Source of the DNA: a virus
Lineage: Duplodnaviria; Caudoviricetes
Virus record (IMG/VR): IMGVR_UViG_3300049926_000016
Coordinates: 1-48,152 of that record
Reading direction: 5' to 3' (one strand)
DNA length: 48,152 nt
The translations under genes and the position numbers were made by a program. The notes under the pieces were generated by a model. That model saw only the letters and a program-made list of their open reading frames with translations. It had not been told where the DNA came from and did no database searches. Position 1 is the stretch's first letter. Every line of letters starts with the position of its first letter. Positions 45,919-48,152 of this stretch are shown here, piece by piece.

Positions 45919-46470
45919 CTAGTCCCAGCTCGGCGTCATGGCCTTCAGTCGAGCCTTGATGTCCTCGGACGTCTCGGGCTTGACTTCGGTGCCGACTGCG
46001 CTTCCGCTGGCGGCGCGATTGCTCGCGTTGGGGTTCTGTGGCGCCGGGGGTTCTGCCCCGGGGACCTCGGCGAACAGGACCTCGAACTCGGCGAGCCGGA
46101 CCTCATCGGTGATTTCCGGGAGTTTGGCTCGGGCGTTCGGGAACTTGATGTCGAGGATTTTGGCGTTGGCGTTGACGTCCGCGTCGGTTGCTCGCTTCTC
46201 AGCGGCCTCCAACTTGGCTTGAAGGGTGGCGATGTCCGCTGCCTTCTGGCCTTCTGCATCGAGGTCGGCCTTCTCGTACTTGACGAGCTTGTCCTGTGCC
46301 TCTTTGAGCTGGCGAGCGGCTTCTGAACGAGCTGCCTCGGCTCCTGCTTGACGCTTCCGTGCGAGGGCCAATTCGGTCTGCTCCGGCGAGCCTGTCGGGT
46401 CCGGGGTCGCTGTCGAGCCCTCGCCTTCTGGGGTCGTGGTGGCGGCCGTGCCGTCTGCGGTTTCTGTCAT
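45919..46470 (-). CDS. Capsid scaffolding protein
   Basis: Acidic N-terminus, coiled coil, directly upstream of the capsid gene. Confidence 0.8.
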   Translation of the reverse strand: MTETADGTAATTTPEGEGSTATPDPTGSPEQTELALARKRQAGAEAARSEAARQLKEAQDKLVKYEKADLDAEGQKAADIATLQAKLEAAEKRATDADVNANAKILDIKFPNARAKLPEITDEVRLAEFEVLFAEVPGAEPPAPQNPNASNRAASGSAVGTEVKPETSEDIKARLKAMTPSWD

Positions 46471-46524
46471 GTCGGGAACTGTACTACCTTTCTGCGGCGA
46501 TTGCAATAGCAAGCCGCACTACCG

Positions 46525-48152
46525 TCACTGTGATGTGACGAAAAGCTCTTGCAACCGGGCGAGGTCATCCTTCAGGATGGGCGCCAGTGCTGCCGCCGGG
46601 GTGGGTCCGGAGATACTGGATGAGGTTCCGCTGGCCGGTGCACCGCCACCGGACGGGGCCGCGCCGGACGGAGCGCCGAGCCCCGACAGCGATTGCAATG
46701 CGGGGTCGAGCTGGGGCTGGTCCCCGCCAGTGATGGTGTCCACGGCGCCCGGGACCTCGTTGAGGGTGGAGACGACCTGCTTGACCCACCGCTGCGGGCT
46801 GATGGTGGACAGCTCGTCGGCGAACATGGTACCGAGGTCCTTGCCTCCGAGAACGTCCTTGAACATGGGCGACATCCGCGCCGAATGGTCGGACCAAGGC
46901 AGCGACGGCGTCAGGTAGTCGGCGAGGAACGCCCCGGCGGACTTGTCCACCGAGTGCATCTTCGAGTCGAAGTCGGTGTCGTACTCGCGCTGGAGGGCGA
47001 TGGCGCGCTGGACGTCGTTGATGATGTAGGTCGCGGCGTAGGGGTTCTTCGCGAGGAACTTGACGCTCTCCGGGAGGACCTTGCCCCACATGTAGCTCGA
47101 CGGGTAGAGGCCGAACAGGGGGTGGTTCAGACTGCGCTCCAGCACGTTCCGCTTGGTCTGCATCTCGGCGAGCCGGAAGACGTCCTGCTGCGCGTCCTGA
47201 ATTTTGTTCTTCAGCAGGCTCACGACCAGTGCGTGGGTCCGATTGAACGGCGTGGCCTGCGCGGTCGGCACCTTCTCCACGAGGTCGCGGAGGTCGGAGC
47301 GGGTGCGCGAGCCCAGCTCGGCGCCGATGTTGTCGCTGACCCAGCGCGAGAGGGACTGCATGTAGCCTTCAACCTCGGGGTTCGGGTGCGGCTTGCCGGA
47401 CGCGATGCGCTCCTTCACCATCTCGGGGAAGTTGTTGCCGAAGAAATTGTCATAGGGGTCGGCTTCGAGCGCGTGCCACTGGCCGTCGGCGCCCAGCATC
47501 TCCGTCTTCTCGGGCGGGATATGGCCGACCGTCAGCCGGTCCTCGCCGCCGACGTGGCGCCCCGGGCCAATCTGCCCGGGCACGTCGGCCTCCTTGACGC
47601 GGAAGATGGCCTCCCCCTCGTTGCGGTTGTAGAACGAGGTCGGCTTGCCGGTGGTCAGGCCGATATGGTCCGGGATGCCGCCAGCAGCGGCTCCGGGCTT
47701 CTCGACGCGGTAGGCGTAGCCGGGCTCGACCTTGAAGGACTTGGGCAGGCTGGCGACGGCCGGGCGCGGCGCGGCGCCGGGCGCCGACTTCGGCACGACA
47801 TAGTCGAACGAGGCGGGCTCGATGTGCGGGTTGACCGCGCCGGTCGCGGCCTCGAACTCCTGCATGAGGGTGTCCTGCGCCGAGACGTCAAGGTGCGAGC
47901 GCCAGACCTTGGTCCACTCCTCCAACGGCTGGCTGGCCTTCCCGGCCTTCAGGAATTGAAGGAGCTGGCCCATGTGCGTGTTGATGTCCTTGCCGCCAAT
48001 GTTCGACGCCATGGTCCCGGACAGGTACTCCCACGGGTCCATGCCACGGTTCCGGGCCTCCATTGCAATGAGGTCCTGCGCCTCCTTGGCGTAGTGGGCG
48101 CTGATGTCGAGGCCGCCTTGGTCGATGGGGCGGGCGAGGTTCTGCCAGTAGC
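46525..48152 (-). CDS. C-terminal part of a large virion protein; open at the right edge
   Basis: The frame of ORF 46525..48063 stays open to the window edge (...YWQNLARPIDQGGLDISAHYAKEAQDLIAMEARN...); probably the same gene as 1-4256. Confidence 0.8.
   Translation of the reverse strand, partial: YWQNLARPIDQGGLDISAHYAKEAQDLIAMEARNRGMDPWEYLSGTMASNIGGKDINTHMGQLLQFLKAGKASQPLEEWTKVWRSHLDVSAQDTLMQEFEAATGAVNPHIEPASFDYVVPKSAPGAAPRPAVASLPKSFKVEPGYAYRVEKPGAAAGGIPDHIGLTTGKPTSFYNRNEGEAIFRVKEADVPGQIGPGRHVGGEDRLTVGHIPPEKTEMLGADGQWHALEADPYDNFFGNNFPEMVKERIASGKPHPNPEVEGYMQSLSRWVSDNIGAELGSRTRSDLRDLVEKVPTAQATPFNRTHALVVSLLKNKIQDAQQDVFRLAEMQTKRNVLERSLNHPLFGLYPSSYMWGKVLPESVKFLAKNPYAATYIINDVQRAIALQREYDTDFDSKMHSVDKSAGAFLADYLTPSLPWSDHSARMSPMFKDVLGGKDLGTMFADELSTISPQRWVKQVVSTLNEVPGAVDTITGGDQPQLDPALQSLSGLGAPSGAAPSGGGAPASGTSSSISGPTPAAALAPILKDDLARLQELFVTSQ

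Larger units (their letters stand above)
327..48069. repeat. Dispersed octamer family ATTGNAAT/ATTNCAAT plus ATTGTCAT/ATGACAAT (~69 copies)
   Basis: Manual count: 27 ATTGCAAT, 11 ATTGTAAT/ATTACAAT, 14 ATTGAAAT/ATTTCAAT, 3 ATTGGAAT/ATTCCAAT, 14 ATTGTCAT/ATGACAAT. Confidence 0.92.
1..48152. mobile_element. Tailed dsDNA bacteriophage genome (near-complete, permuted)
   Basis: Terminase, portal, scaffold, major capsid, tail, lysis and replication genes in dense operons with overlapping start/stop codons; no host housekeeping genes; no integrase seen. Confidence 0.97.

Noticed and set aside
48150-48152. Exact circular closure of the window
   Set aside because: Joining the ends puts the two halves of the giant ORF out of frame, and I saw no terminal overlap.

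Overview
The window is most of the genome of a high-GC (about 68% by eye) tailed dsDNA bacteriophage, opened inside a giant virion gene. A leftward arm from ~14.9 kb carries an SSB-like gene, an HTH protein, primase-polymerase, D5 helicase, VRR-NUC nuclease, both terminase subunits, portal and two large internal virion proteins. The same strand continues from the right edge with scaffold, N4-gp56-type capsid, tail proteins, lysis genes and a metallophosphoesterase. A rightward arm (15.4-30.8 kb) carries a MoxR AAA+/VWA module, many small early genes, a PD-(D/E)XK exonuclease, an RNA ligase and nucleotide-pool enzymes. No integrase, DNA polymerase or CRISPR array was recognised. The most unusual signals are: (1) an AT-rich palindromic octamer family (ATTGCAAT and variants), about 69 copies by manual count, spread roughly every 0.7 kb and mostly inside genes; (2) a small RNA operon with an unidentified ~310-nt structured RNA, an 87-nt tmRNA tRNA-like domain with no mRNA domain, and tRNA-Asn; (3) an early protein whose C-terminus is a reordered patchwork of capsid-protein motifs; (4) a 3-kb segment depleted of AGCT and GAGG/CCTC, on top of genome-wide avoidance of GATC, CCWGG and other restriction-type sites; (5) one ~70-aa domain repeated six times across four structural proteins, including inside the capsid protein. 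All counts were made by eye and no database searches were run.
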